A DNA stretch of 64,000 nucleotides from Candidatus Omnitrophota bacterium. Its GTDB lineage: Bacteria > Omnitrophota > Gorgyraeia > Zapsychrales > JANLHA01. The DNA lies in the NCBI GenBank assembly GCA_963662715.1, contig OY759724.1, positions 2,714,662 through 2,778,661 on the forward strand. The letters are read 5' to 3'. Below the pieces are notes generated by a model. It had not been told where the DNA came from. It saw nothing but the letters and a program-made list of their open reading frames with translations, and ran no database searches. Position numbers and translations under genes: made by a program. Shown here piece by piece: positions 47,037 to 56,515 of the stretch (position 1 is its first letter; each line of letters opens with the position of its first letter).

Positions 47037-48389
47037 ATGAGCCAAAAAAATGTTAAAACTTTTCCGCAGGGCGGCGTTCACCCGAAAGATCATAAATTGT
47101 CTGCGGACCGGACTGTGCGCAGACTTCCGCTGCCCAAGACCGTAAGCATCCCGTTCTCCCAGCATATCGGCGCTCCGGCTGTCCCGCTGGTTAAGGCCGC
47201 GGACGAGGTTAAGACGGGCCAGCTGATCGCCCAGTCGGCAGGGTTTATCTCGGCCAATATTCATTCCTCGGTCTCCGGGAAGGTGAAAAAAATCGACCAG
47301 GTCAAAGATTTAACCGGGTACAAACGCCCGGCGTTTATTATTGAGGTGCAGGAAGACGCGTGGGCGGAAGGCATTGATCTGAGCCCTGATTTGGTCAAGG
47401 ACATTTCTTTGTCGCCGGAAGACATTGCCGCTAAAGTCGCCGCCGCCGGGATTGTCGGTATGGGGGGGGCCACGTTTCCCTCGCATGTCAAGCTGGCGCC
47501 GCCCAAAGACAAGAAGGTTGAGTTTCTCATGATCAATGGCGTGGAATGCGAGCCTTACCTGACCTCGGATCACCGGCTTATGCTCGAGAAAAATGAAGAG
47601 ATTATGGTGGGCATACAGATCATGTTAAAAGCCCTGGGGATTGATCAGGCTTTTATCGGGATCGAGGACAACAAGCCCGATGCCATCAACCTTTTAAAAG
47701 AGACCGCGAAAAAGTATCCCGGGATTTCGGTCGAACCGCTGAAAGTCTGGTACCCTCAGGGAGGGGAAAGGCAGCTTGTCAAGGCTTTGACAGGACGGGA
47801 AATCCCGCCGCCGCCGAAAGGGCTGCCGATCGATGTCGGCTGTGTCGTGTTCAATGTCGGAACGGTTTTTGCGGTTTATGAAGCCGTACAGAAAAACAAA
47901 CCGCTGATCGAGCGGGTTGTCACCGTAACCGGTCCGGCGGTTAAAAAACCGTCTAATTTCTGGGTGAGGGTCGGGACATCCATCGCTGAACTTATTGAGG
48001 CTGCGGGAGGTTTGCCGGACAATACCGGCAAGATTGTGTCCGGCGGGCCGATGATGGGCAAGGCCCTTGATTCGGCAGACGTTCCCGTTACGAAAGGGAC
48101 TTCCGGAATCCTTCTGCTCCCGCAGACAGAGGCTAAACGGTGGGAAAAACTGCCTTGTATCCGTTGTGCCAAATGCGTGTCCGCCTGCCCGCTAGGATTA
48201 GAGCCGTATTTATTGATGGCCCTGGTTGACCGGCAGATGCTGGACCGGGCAGAACAGGAACGCATCCTGAATTGCTGTGAATGCGCCTGTTGCAGTTTCG
48301 CCTGTCCGTCCAACCGGCCTTTGCTGGATTATATCCGTTACGGGAAAGCGACAATTTTGAAAAAGTTAAGGGAAAAAGCGAAAAAATGA
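47037..48389 (+). CDS. rnfC: Rnf complex subunit C (NADH-binding, 2x[4Fe-4S])
   Basis: CIRCAKCVSACP and CCECACCSFACPS; RnfC-N and SLBB regions; ~450 aa. Confidence 0.9.
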   Translation: MSQKNVKTFPQGGVHPKDHKLSADRTVRRLPLPKTVSIPFSQHIGAPAVPLVKAADEVKTGQLIAQSAGFISANIHSSVSGKVKKIDQVKDLTGYKRPAFIIEVQEDAWAEGIDLSPDLVKDISLSPEDIAAKVAAAGIVGMGGATFPSHVKLAPPKDKKVEFLMINGVECEPYLTSDHRLMLEKNEEIMVGIQIMLKALGIDQAFIGIEDNKPDAINLLKETAKKYPGISVEPLKVWYPQGGERQLVKALTGREIPPPPKGLPIDVGCVVFNVGTVFAVYEAVQKNKPLIERVVTVTGPAVKKPSNFWVRVGTSIAELIEAAGGLPDNTGKIVSGGPMMGKALDSADVPVTKGTSGILLLPQTEAKRWEKLPCIRCAKCVSACPLGLEPYLLMALVDRQMLDRAEQERILNCCECACCSFACPSNRPLLDYIRYGKATILKKLREKAKK

Positions 48390-49375
48390 GTTCTCAATTA
48401 TTAACGGTATCGCTGTCTCCGCATACTTACGGCGGGGAGACGGTTAAGAAACTTATGTCAGGGGTTTTGATCGCCTTGCTGCCGGCCTGGATTGTCTCGG
48501 TCATTGTGTTCGGCCTGGCGGCGGTCAAGGTGAGCGTTCTCGCCGTAGCTTCGGCGGTCCTGTTTGAATATCTGATTCAGAAGTATGTCCTGAAAGTCGA
48601 TCCTTCCGTGACAGACGGCTCGGCGGCCCTGACGGGCCTGTTGTTGGCGTTCAATGTTCCGGCCACATTGCCCGGCTGGATTGTCGTTTTAGGCAGTTTT
48701 GTCGCGATTGCCGTCGGCAAGATGTCGTTCGGCGGGCTGGGCAACAACCCTTTCAATCCGGCGTTAGTCGGCAGAGTCTTTTTGCTGGTATCCTTCCCGG
48801 TCGCCATGACAACCTGGCCGAAACCTTTCAGCGGAGCCATGGCTGTGGCGGACGGGATAACAACGGCAACGCCTTTAGCGGTGATCAAAGAAGGTTTGAA
48901 GAACGGCCAGACCCCTCAGGAATTGCTGGCCGAGCTTCCGGGATATTCTGATTTGTTGTTGGGTAAGATGGCCGGATCCCTGGGGGAAATTTCCGCGCTT
49001 GCTTTAATTCTCGGCGGCCTGTTTTTAATATATAAAAGAATCATTACCTGGCACATCCCCGTTGCCGTGATAGGCAGCACAGCGGTCTTTTCCGGGCTGT
49101 TATGGCTGGTTCATCCGGATCAATTTATGGACCCTGTTTTTCATCTGCTGACCGGCGGTCTGTTGCTCGGCGCGTTTTTTATGGCGACGGACTATGTCAC
49201 GTCCCCGATGACCCCAAAAGGCATGCTGATTTTTGGCGCCGGAATAGGGATACTAACGGTTACGATACGTGTTTTCGGCGCTTACCCGGAAGGGATGTCT
49301 TTTGCGATTTTAATCATGAATGCCTTTGTGCCGCTGATTAACCGCACCTGTAAACCGAGACGTTTCGGAGAGTGA
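48386..49375 (+). CDS. rnfD: Rnf complex subunit D (start overlaps the rnfC stop as ATGA)
   Basis: Polytopic; FMN-attachment region GITTATPLAV; internal ATG at 48386 preferred over the overlapping ORF start at 48281. Confidence 0.85.
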   Translation: MSSQLLTVSLSPHTYGGETVKKLMSGVLIALLPAWIVSVIVFGLAAVKVSVLAVASAVLFEYLIQKYVLKVDPSVTDGSAALTGLLLAFNVPATLPGWIVVLGSFVAIAVGKMSFGGLGNNPFNPALVGRVFLLVSFPVAMTTWPKPFSGAMAVADGITTATPLAVIKEGLKNGQTPQELLAELPGYSDLLLGKMAGSLGEISALALILGGLFLIYKRIITWHIPVAVIGSTAVFSGLLWLVHPDQFMDPVFHLLTGGLLLGAFFMATDYVTSPMTPKGMLIFGAGIGILTVTIRVFGAYPEGMSFAILIMNAFVPLINRTCKPRRFGE

Positions 49376-49376
49376 A

Positions 49377-49955
49377 ATGGCAAAGAAAGAATCGACATTC
49401 GGGAATATGGTCTTAACGCTTTTTATCGTGACCTTTGTTTCGTCGACAGCGTTAGGGTATGTTTACGAAGTGACCAAAGGCCCCAAGGCCAAGGCAGAAC
49501 TGGAGAAGAAAATTAAGGCGATCAGTGAAGTCGTGCCGGATTTCGACAATTCTCCCATTGAGGAGAAAGTCGAACGCTGCGCCGGTGAACAGTGTGTAAT
49601 GTTTTATCCGGCCAAAAAAGACGGACAGCTTGTCGGAACCGCTGTCGAAGTGACGACCAACAAAGGGTTTGCCGGCAATATTACGCTGATGGTCGGGTTC
49701 CTGCCCGACGGCGTGATTTTTGATACCGCCGTGGTTGAGCATAAAGAAACCCCGGGGTTGGGGGATAAAATAGACAAGAAGAAATCCGGTTTTGCGGAGC
49801 AGTTTAAAAATAAAGATCCGCAGAATTTTCGTTTAAGTGTCAAAAAGGACGGGGGAGACGTGGATGCGATCACGGCAGCCACGATCAGTTCCCGGGGGTT
49901 CTGTGACGCGGTCAAGAAAGCTTATGATTCTTACCGAAAGGAGTTTAAAGATTAA
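49377..49955 (+). CDS. rnfG: Rnf complex subunit G (FMN-binding)
   Basis: N-terminal TM; [15 protein letters not shown]-binding motif. Confidence 0.85.
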   Translation: MAKKESTFGNMVLTLFIVTFVSSTALGYVYEVTKGPKAKAELEKKIKAISEVVPDFDNSPIEEKVERCAGEQCVMFYPAKKDGQLVGTAVEVTTNKGFAGNITLMVGFLPDGVIFDTAVVEHKETPGLGDKIDKKKSGFAEQFKNKDPQNFRLSVKKDGGDVDAITAATISSRGFCDAVKKAYDSYRKEFKD

Positions 49956-49959
49956 TCCA

Positions 49960-50535
49960 TTGCAGAATTTCAGTAAAGGCTTTGTTAAGGAAAATCCCGT
50001 TTTTGTTCTGCTGCTGGGATTGTGTCCGACTTTGGGGGTGACCACTTCGGCCGTTAACGGGCTGGGGATGGGGCTGGCCACGACCTTTGTCCTGGTTATG
50101 TCCAACACGGTCGTCTCTCTGATCAAATCCTTAATCCCGGATAAAGTCCGGATTCCCTGCTTTATTGTTGTCATCGCTTCTTTTGTCACGATTGTCGACC
50201 TTGTTATGGCGGCGTTTGCCCCGGCGTTACACGCTCAGTTGGGATTGTTTATCCCGTTAATTGTCGTGAACTGCATTATCCTCGGCCGGGCTGAAGCTTT
50301 TGCTTCAAAGAACACCTTGCTGTCGTCTGCCATTGACGGACTGAGCATGGGCCTGGGATTCGCCTTTGCGCTGACTCTCCTGGGCGGAGTCAGGGAACTT
50401 TTAGGGGTAGGCGCTTTATTCGGGTACAAATTTATTTCCGGGGACGGTATTTTGGTCTTTATCCTGGCTCCCGGAGCCTTTATTGCCCTGGGGTACATGA
50501 TCGCTCTTATTAATTGTCTTAACAAATCGGAATAA
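49960..50535 (+). CDS. rnfE: Rnf complex subunit E (start uncertain; TTG at 49960 just after the rnfG stop)
   Basis: [29 protein letters not shown] typical of RnfE/RnfA family; the ORF is open from 49837 but overlaps rnfG. Confidence 0.75.
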   Translation: MQNFSKGFVKENPVFVLLLGLCPTLGVTTSAVNGLGMGLATTFVLVMSNTVVSLIKSLIPDKVRIPCFIVVIASFVTIVDLVMAAFAPALHAQLGLFIPLIVVNCIILGRAEAFASKNTLLSSAIDGLSMGLGFAFALTLLGGVRELLGVGALFGYKFISGDGILVFILAPGAFIALGYMIALINCLNKSE

Positions 50536-50540
50536 ACTTT

Positions 50541-51116
50541 ATGGAGTATATTCTCATCATTATTTCCGCCACTTTGGTCAATAATATCGTATTGACCCGC
50601 TTTTTAGGCCTTTGCCCGTTTCTGGGTGTGTCCAACCGTTTTTCCAACGCCCTGGGGATGTGCGGGGCCGTGGCTTTTGTCATGACCCTGGCCACGATCG
50701 TGACGTACCTCATAAATACCTACATTCTCGTTCCTCTTCAGATCGGGTATATGCAGACGGTAACGTATATTCTGGTTATTGCGTCTCTGGTGCAGATGGT
50801 GGAAATTATTTTAAAGAAAGTGAGCCCGGCGCTTTACCAGGCCCTGGGCGTTTTTCTCCCCTTGATTACCACAAACTGTACTATCCTCGGTGTGGCCATT
50901 TTAGTTGTTCAGAAAGAATACAATCTTATCCAAAGCGTTGTCTTCGCCATAGCCAATGCCGCGGGTTTTGCCCTGGCTTTGATCCTTTTTTCGAGTATCA
51001 GAGAACAGCTTGACCTCGTGGATGTCCCGGAAGGGATGCGGGGTGTTCCGATCGCTTTGGTTATCGCGGGATTGCTTTCCCTAGCCTTTATGGGCTTCGC
51101 CGGAATCGTCCATTAA
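50541..51116 (+). CDS. rnfA: Rnf complex subunit A
   Basis: LTRFLGLCPFLGVSNRFSNALGMCGAVAFVMTLA; 6 TM; 191 aa. Confidence 0.9.
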   Translation: MEYILIIISATLVNNIVLTRFLGLCPFLGVSNRFSNALGMCGAVAFVMTLATIVTYLINTYILVPLQIGYMQTVTYILVIASLVQMVEIILKKVSPALYQALGVFLPLITTNCTILGVAILVVQKEYNLIQSVVFAIANAAGFALALILFSSIREQLDLVDVPEGMRGVPIALVIAGLLSLAFMGFAGIVH

Positions 51117-51192
51117 TAAGATATTTTAGGTATCAAGAAAACAGGCCAACCTTGCCGCCGATCCTGTCTTTCGGCCCTTTTTTTGAGCCGCT

Positions 51193-51263
51193 GTTCAGAT
51201 GCCCTGCGTTCGTTCGCGGTTCCAAGCTCTCTCACGCACGGCATCTGAACCGGTACCTTTTTT
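51193..51263 (+). terminator. Imperfect 16-bp inverted repeat with large loop followed by T6; candidate terminator of the rnf operon (a T7 tract also lies at 51177-51186)
   Basis: GTTCAGATGCCCTGCG ... CGCACGGCATCTGAAC then CCGGTACCTTTTTT. Confidence 0.35.
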
Positions 51264-51373
51264 CCGCGGAGCCCCCACGGCCTGATTTAGTGTTTATAAA
51301 AATTCTTGTCATAAACCAGGGAACATACTAGACTAATATTCAAACATTACCCGGAACAATCTTTGGGATTTTT

Positions 51374-52402
51374 ATGGCTCAGGAACAGAACAGTTACGTA
51401 GCCCGCTACTGGGAGAAACTCGATAACGGAGACATTGTCTGTTACCTGTGTCCCCGTGCCTGCCGGCTCAAAGAAGGCCAGCGGGGCTTTTGTTTTGTGC
51501 GGCAGAATATCGGCCAGCAGCTGATTTTAACCACCTACGGGCGAAGCAGCGGTTTTTGTGTGGACCCCATCGAAAAAAAACCTCTCAATCACTTTTATCC
51601 TCAAACAACAATTCTGTCCTTCGGCACGGCAGGATGTAACCTGGGCTGTCAGTTTTGCCAGAACTGGGACTTAAGCCGGTCCAGGTCTTTTGACCGGATG
51701 TCTGAATACGCATCCGCCGATGACGTTGTGATCCGGGCCAGGTCAGCCGGCTGTAAAAGCGTGGCCTTTACTTATAATGATCCGGTTATTTTCGCGGAAT
51801 ATGCCATAGATATTGCCGAGGCCTGTCATAAACAGGATATTAAAACCGTCGCTGTCACGGCCGGGTACATCAGCGACCGGGCCAGGCCGGACTTTTTTCA
51901 GGTGATGGATGCCGCCAACGTTGATTTAAAAGCTTTTTCGGAATCGTTTTACCGGAAATATTGCCAGGGGGCCCTGCAGCCGGTGCTGGATACCCTGCTT
52001 TACCTGAAAAAGGAGACCCGGGTCTGGTTTGAAATAACGACTCTGCTTATCCCGGGATTAAACGATTCGGACCGGGAACTGGATCAAATGACGGACTGGA
52101 TATTAGAGCATTTGGGCGCGGATGTCCCGCTGCATTTAACGGCTTTTCACCCGGCGTACCGGGTATTAAACATACCCGCGACAAGCTATGAAACCCTTTC
52201 CCGGGCAAGACAGCTGGCCCGGGATAAAGGCCTGCATTATGTCTATACGGGCAATGTCCTTGACCCGGAAGGGAGCAGCACATATTGTCATGCCTGCGGG
52301 AAACTGCTTATTAAAAGGGAATGGTTTCATATCAGCGCCAATCATATCGTTGACGGGCATAATTGTGCGTATTGCGGGGCAGAATGTGCGGGAATTTTTT
52401 AG
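51374..52402 (+). CDS. amrS: AmmeMemoRadiSam-system radical SAM enzyme
   Basis: N-terminal YWEKLDNGDIVCYLCPRACRLKEGQRGFCFVRQN and DPIEKKPLNHFYP...GTAGCNLGCQFCQNWD (CX3CX2C), hallmarks of the AmrS family. Confidence 0.85.
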   Translation: MAQEQNSYVARYWEKLDNGDIVCYLCPRACRLKEGQRGFCFVRQNIGQQLILTTYGRSSGFCVDPIEKKPLNHFYPQTTILSFGTAGCNLGCQFCQNWDLSRSRSFDRMSEYASADDVVIRARSAGCKSVAFTYNDPVIFAEYAIDIAEACHKQDIKTVAVTAGYISDRARPDFFQVMDAANVDLKAFSESFYRKYCQGALQPVLDTLLYLKKETRVWFEITTLLIPGLNDSDRELDQMTDWILEHLGADVPLHLTAFHPAYRVLNIPATSYETLSRARQLARDKGLHYVYTGNVLDPEGSSTYCHACGKLLIKREWFHISANHIVDGHNCAYCGAECAGIF

Positions 52403-52454
52403 CTGCCGGAAGACAGGCTCGGCCGTCCGTCCGGCGGGATAAGGAGGTGTTCTG

Positions 52455-53219
52455 ATGAAGCTGATCAGCTGGAATGTCAACGGCATCCGGGCTATCATGA
52501 AAAAAGGGTTTAACGAGTGGATGAAAGAGGCGTCCCCGGATGTTTTATGCCTGCAGGAAACCAAGGCGCATCCCGAACAGCTCTCACAGGCTGTTTTATC
52601 TCCTGCCGGATATCATTCGTTCTGGTCATCGGCGGAAAGAAAGGGCTACAGCGGGGTTGCCGTTTACACCCGCCAACAACCTCTTGCTGTTGAAGAGGGG
52701 CTGGGGATTAAAGAATTTGACCAGGAAGGACGTGTTTTAATATTAACTTATCCTGATTTTATCTTATTTAACCTTTATGTCCCTAACGGAGGCAACGGGA
52801 ACAAAAGGGTCCCTTTTAAAATGGATTTCAACGAAATCCTGCAGAACAAACTTGAGGATTTACGGAGAAAAGGTAAAAGTCTTGTGATCTGCGGAGACAT
52901 TAATACCGCCCATACGGAAATCGATCTGGCCCGTCCCAAGGCCAACGAGAAAAATACCGGGTTTTTGCCGGAAGAACGGGCCTGGATCACTCAGTTCCTG
53001 TCCCTGGGCTATGTCGATACATTCCGCCATTTCTGCCCGGAGCCGGAACATTATACATGGTGGGATTATAAAACCAAAGCCAGGGACAGGAATGTCGGAT
53101 GGAGGATTGATTATTTTTTTATAACGGTTGATATGACGTCAAAATTAAAAGACGCTTTTATCCTGAAAGATGTCCTTGGCTCAGACCATTGTCCGATCGG
53201 TATTATCCTGGATGTTTGA
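52455..53219 (+). CDS. xth: Exodeoxyribonuclease III (AP endonuclease)
   Basis: MKLISWNVNGIRA...LCLQETK...SDHCPI ExoIII/APE1 signatures. Confidence 0.9.
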   Translation: MKLISWNVNGIRAIMKKGFNEWMKEASPDVLCLQETKAHPEQLSQAVLSPAGYHSFWSSAERKGYSGVAVYTRQQPLAVEEGLGIKEFDQEGRVLILTYPDFILFNLYVPNGGNGNKRVPFKMDFNEILQNKLEDLRRKGKSLVICGDINTAHTEIDLARPKANEKNTGFLPEERAWITQFLSLGYVDTFRHFCPEPEHYTWWDYKTKARDRNVGWRIDYFFITVDMTSKLKDAFILKDVLGSDHCPIGIILDV

Positions 53220-53271
53220 TCCTTTTGTGAGGGATATTTATAAAAATTTTTTTAAAAATAAGGAGGATGTC

Positions 53272-53790
53272 ATGAGAATAATAAAAACATCCGGTTTTAT
53301 GTTCTTTCCTGCCTGTTTGTTGCTGCTGATGTTCGATCAACCCGGAATGGCTCAGACTGCCTTTCAACTGACCAGTCCGGCTTTTAAGCATAATCAAATG
53401 ATCCCGGTTAAATATACCTGTAAAGGCGAAGATATCAGTCCGCCGCTTCACATTCAGAATATCCCTGCCGGGACCGAAGCCCTGGTCCTCATCGTGGATG
53501 ACCCTGACGCCCCGATGGGAACCTGGGTGCACTGGGTGGTTTATGATATCCTGCCGTCAGAATATATCGCGGAGAACTCTGTCCCCGGACGGCAAGTTGT
53601 GAACAGTTTCGGCAAGATTGAATACGGCGGACCATGCCCGCCCAGCGGGACACACCGGTATTTTTTTAAGCTGTACGCGCTTGATACGAGGTTAATGTCT
53701 TTAGAAGAAGGGACACTGAAAGATGTCGTAAAAGCCATGGAAGGTCATGTCTTGGGGAAAGCTGAGTTGATCGGCTTGTTTAAGAAATAA
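53272..53790 (+). CDS. PEBP/YbhB-YbcL-family protein with signal peptide
   Basis: DDPDAP...HWVVYDI...GGPCPPSGTHRYFFKLYALD PEBP signature; AAGGAGGA RBS before the ATG at 53272. Confidence 0.8.
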   Translation: MRIIKTSGFMFFPACLLLLMFDQPGMAQTAFQLTSPAFKHNQMIPVKYTCKGEDISPPLHIQNIPAGTEALVLIVDDPDAPMGTWVHWVVYDILPSEYIAENSVPGRQVVNSFGKIEYGGPCPPSGTHRYFFKLYALDTRLMSLEEGTLKDVVKAMEGHVLGKAELIGLFKK

Positions 53791-53964
53791 TAGTTTGCTT
53801 TAACAAAAATCAAGTTTTTATGCCGGGGGGCAAGGCAGAGGGGGATACGGCCGGGGCAGCCGCCGGGGGCGTGTAAATAATCATTTTTAATGTAGATTGT
53901 TATAATAAATATTGGTATATTTATTAAACAGCCCTTTTTATTATAATTTCACCGAGGAACACGC

Positions 53965-54063
53965 ATGAAAGACATCACCCCGTTATTAAAGAAAGCCTGC
54001 ATATTCGGATTTATTGCCATTTTTTTGATCGCTCTTGCCTGGGTCCTGATCGCTGGGCGATAA
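53965..54063 (+). CDS. Candidate small hydrophobic ORF (32 aa, MKDITPLLKKACIFGFIAIFLIALAWVLIAGR) in the moeA upstream region
   Basis: GAGGA RBS 7 nt upstream; TATAAT-like box ~25 nt upstream; single predicted TM helix; below the ORF-track cutoff. Confidence 0.25.
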   Translation: MKDITPLLKKACIFGFIAIFLIALAWVLIAGR

Positions 54064-54136
54064 AACCCTGAATATGATATTTTCAAAATCAAAGCCCCAT
54101 CCTGTCAGAATTTGACTCTACGGATTGTTTTAAAAA

Positions 54137-55345
54137 ATGATACCTGTTCTCCAAGCTGAAAGCCTGATCCTCAATCAGGCCGTTCTTTTTTCTGCTGAGC
54201 CTTGTCCGTTGGAAAAGGCAGGGGGCCGGATATTGCGTGAAGATATTTTTGCCGACCGCGATTCTCCGGCCGAGAGCTGTTCAGCCATGGACGGGGTTGC
54301 TATCCCTATGTCTTCCTGGAAAAAAGGACAGCGGGAATTCCGGATCCTCGGCACTCAGCGCGCCGGGGTGCCCCGGGTTTCTCTTCCCGATGCCTCCTGC
54401 TGTTACGAAGTCATGACCGGAGCTTTAATCCCCCGGGGCTACGATTGCGTTGTCCCGGTTGAAGATATTGTTATCAGGGGGGGACGGGCCGTTGTCCCGG
54501 GGAAGCTATCTCTGAAAAAGCATCAGTACATCAGGAGTAAAGGCAAGAATTTCCATCAGCAGGACCTTTTGATCCCGCAGGGCACTGTTTTGGCTCCGCC
54601 TCAGGTTGCGCTCGCGGCTTCAGTCGGTAAGACCACTGTCTTAACGGCTGAACCCCCGGCCATTGCCTTTATCGGCACAGGGGATGAAGTCGTGTCCTGT
54701 GACCGGCCGGTTTTAGCCCATCAGGTCCGGTCGGCCAATGTCCGGGCGGTGGGAGCTGCTCTCAGCCAACACGGTTTTACCAGAAACACATCTTTTCATC
54801 TTCCGGATAATTATGCTGTTATCCGGAGCCGGGTGAAAAAGATTCTGGCGGACCACGATGTCGTTATCTTCAGCGGCGGGGTGTCTATGGGGAAATATGA
54901 TTACATCCCGAAAGTTTTACAGGAACTTGGAGTGAAAACGGTCTTTCATAAAGTCTCTCAGCGGCCGGGCAAACCTTTATGGTTCGGCCTGACCGGGAAA
55001 TCACAGCCGGTCTTCGGCCTGCCGGGAAACCCGGTTTCGACTTTGATCTGTACATACAGATACGTCCTGCCTTTTTTATTGAGGTGCGCCGGGGCCGCTC
55101 ATACTCAGGAAGATCTGACGCTGCTGGAAGATTCTTGTGAGAATGAATCGGAATTAACTTTCTTTTTCCCGGTTGATAAAAGTTCTGATCCAAAAATTCC
55201 TTTATATAAACGCATCATCCCTTATCGCGGTTCGGACGATATCCTTTCTTTGACCCGGAGCGCGGGATTTGTCGAGATCCCGGCCAGGACAGCCATTGCC
55301 GCCGGGAAAGACCCGGTCCGTTTCTTCCCGTGGGCCTTAATATAA
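54137..55345 (+). CDS. moeA: Molybdopterin molybdotransferase MoeA
   Basis: MoeA N-domain; AFIGTGDEVV and VIFSGGVSMGKYDY; ~402 aa. Confidence 0.85.
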   Translation: MIPVLQAESLILNQAVLFSAEPCPLEKAGGRILREDIFADRDSPAESCSAMDGVAIPMSSWKKGQREFRILGTQRAGVPRVSLPDASCCYEVMTGALIPRGYDCVVPVEDIVIRGGRAVVPGKLSLKKHQYIRSKGKNFHQQDLLIPQGTVLAPPQVALAASVGKTTVLTAEPPAIAFIGTGDEVVSCDRPVLAHQVRSANVRAVGAALSQHGFTRNTSFHLPDNYAVIRSRVKKILADHDVVIFSGGVSMGKYDYIPKVLQELGVKTVFHKVSQRPGKPLWFGLTGKSQPVFGLPGNPVSTLICTYRYVLPFLLRCAGAAHTQEDLTLLEDSCENESELTFFFPVDKSSDPKIPLYKRIIPYRGSDDILSLTRSAGFVEIPARTAIAAGKDPVRFFPWALI

Positions 55346-55355
55346 TTCTGACGCC

Positions 55356-55805
55356 ATGAATATGACCTTAATCATGAACGGATGTGTTGTCAGTCTGGGA
55401 TGCCTTTCGGTTTTACTGCCGTTTTGGGGCTGTCTGCTGTTTAATCCCAGGCATACGGCGGATTTTTACCGCCGTTATTTATTCCTGTATAATATTCTGC
55501 TCGGCCTGACCCTGATCTGCAGCTTTTTTTCCGGCATGGATGTTTATGCTAAAATGCTCGTTGTGTTTTGGAAAGTTTTTGCGGTGGTCATAAGCCGCAT
55601 GAACTGGCATAAAAAGAAAATCGGCAGACCGGTATTTTTTCTTTTGTTTTTCTGCGGAGTTTTTTGTTATATGCTGATTTCTGCCGGTCTTCTGAAAGGG
55701 ACGGGACTGGCCCGCGGATGGGTCTTTGCGGCGGGTCTGGGGTTGAGTGCTCTCATTCACCTGGGGCAAGCAAAGCGAGGGAATATATCCGTGGTCAGGG
55801 AATGA
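55356..55805 (+). CDS. Hypothetical polytopic membrane protein
   Basis: 4 predicted TM helices; no recognised motif. Confidence 0.4.
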   Translation: MNMTLIMNGCVVSLGCLSVLLPFWGCLLFNPRHTADFYRRYLFLYNILLGLTLICSFFSGMDVYAKMLVVFWKVFAVVISRMNWHKKKIGRPVFFLLFFCGVFCYMLISAGLLKGTGLARGWVFAAGLGLSALIHLGQAKRGNISVVRE

Positions 55806-55933
55806 CCGGTTTGCGGCAGATTCTACGTAACCCTTTTTTAGCAAAAGAATTAAAGGATGAACGGATAAAAATTTTTTTTGTAACTTTTTTTGCCGGGACG
55901 CGTTAAAAAGACAGGAGAGAGACAGAAGAGGAT

Positions 55934-56515
55934 ATGACGCACGCTGACGAAGAACTGATTTTAGAGTTTCAAAACGGCAATGAATCGGCTTTTGAAGATT
56001 TGTTTCAAAAGTATAAAACGCCTATCTTTAACTTTGCGATGCGCTTCCTGGGGACCCGGGCGGATGCGGAGGATGTTGTGGCAGAAGTTTTTTTGAAATT
56101 ATACACACAAAAAAATGCCTACCGGCCCAAAGCCAAGTTTTCAACCTGGCTGTTCACCGTGGCCCGCAACACCAGTATCTCTAAAATCCGTTCCAGGAAG
56201 AGATTTGTGTCCATGTGGTTTGTCCGTGATGAGAAAGACACGTATGAAGAAATCGATGTCCAGGATACGGCCCCGCTTCCGCGGGAAGAGATCATGAACC
56301 GGGAAACGGCAGCCGCTGTGCAGCTCGCTGTCCAAAAACTGCCTCCGGATCAGAAAGAGGCCCTGATCTTGCGGGAATATCACCGTTTTAAATATGACGA
56401 CATCGCTCTGATTTTAGGGTGTTCTTTAGAGAATGTGAAAATACTTATATACAGGGCCCGGGCCCGTTTGCGTCGAGATTTACCATCACAATTGATGGAG
56501 GGGCAAGATGACTGA
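55934..56515 (+). CDS. ECF-type RNA polymerase sigma factor (sigma-70 family)
   Basis: Region 2 FEDLFQKYKTPIFNFAMRFLG..AEDVVAEVFLKLY; region 4 DQKEALILREYHRFKYDDIALILGCSLENVKILIYRAR. Confidence 0.85.
   Translation: MTHADEELILEFQNGNESAFEDLFQKYKTPIFNFAMRFLGTRADAEDVVAEVFLKLYTQKNAYRPKAKFSTWLFTVARNTSISKIRSRKRFVSMWFVRDEKDTYEEIDVQDTAPLPREEIMNRETAAAVQLAVQKLPPDQKEALILREYHRFKYDDIALILGCSLENVKILIYRARARLRRDLPSQLMEGQDD

Noticed and set aside
48281-48385. Long-ORF start for rnfD overlapping the last 100 nt of rnfC
   Set aside because: The N-terminal 35 aa have no RnfD similarity; the internal ATG at 48386 gives the classic ATGA stop-start overlap and a typical RnfD N-terminus.
51140-51186. Alternative terminator for rnfA: weak ACAGG...CCTGT / GCCG...CGGC pairings followed by T7
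   Set aside because: Stems are only 4-5 bp; the T7 tract is noted under the 51193-51263 feature, but a specific hairpin here could not be supported.
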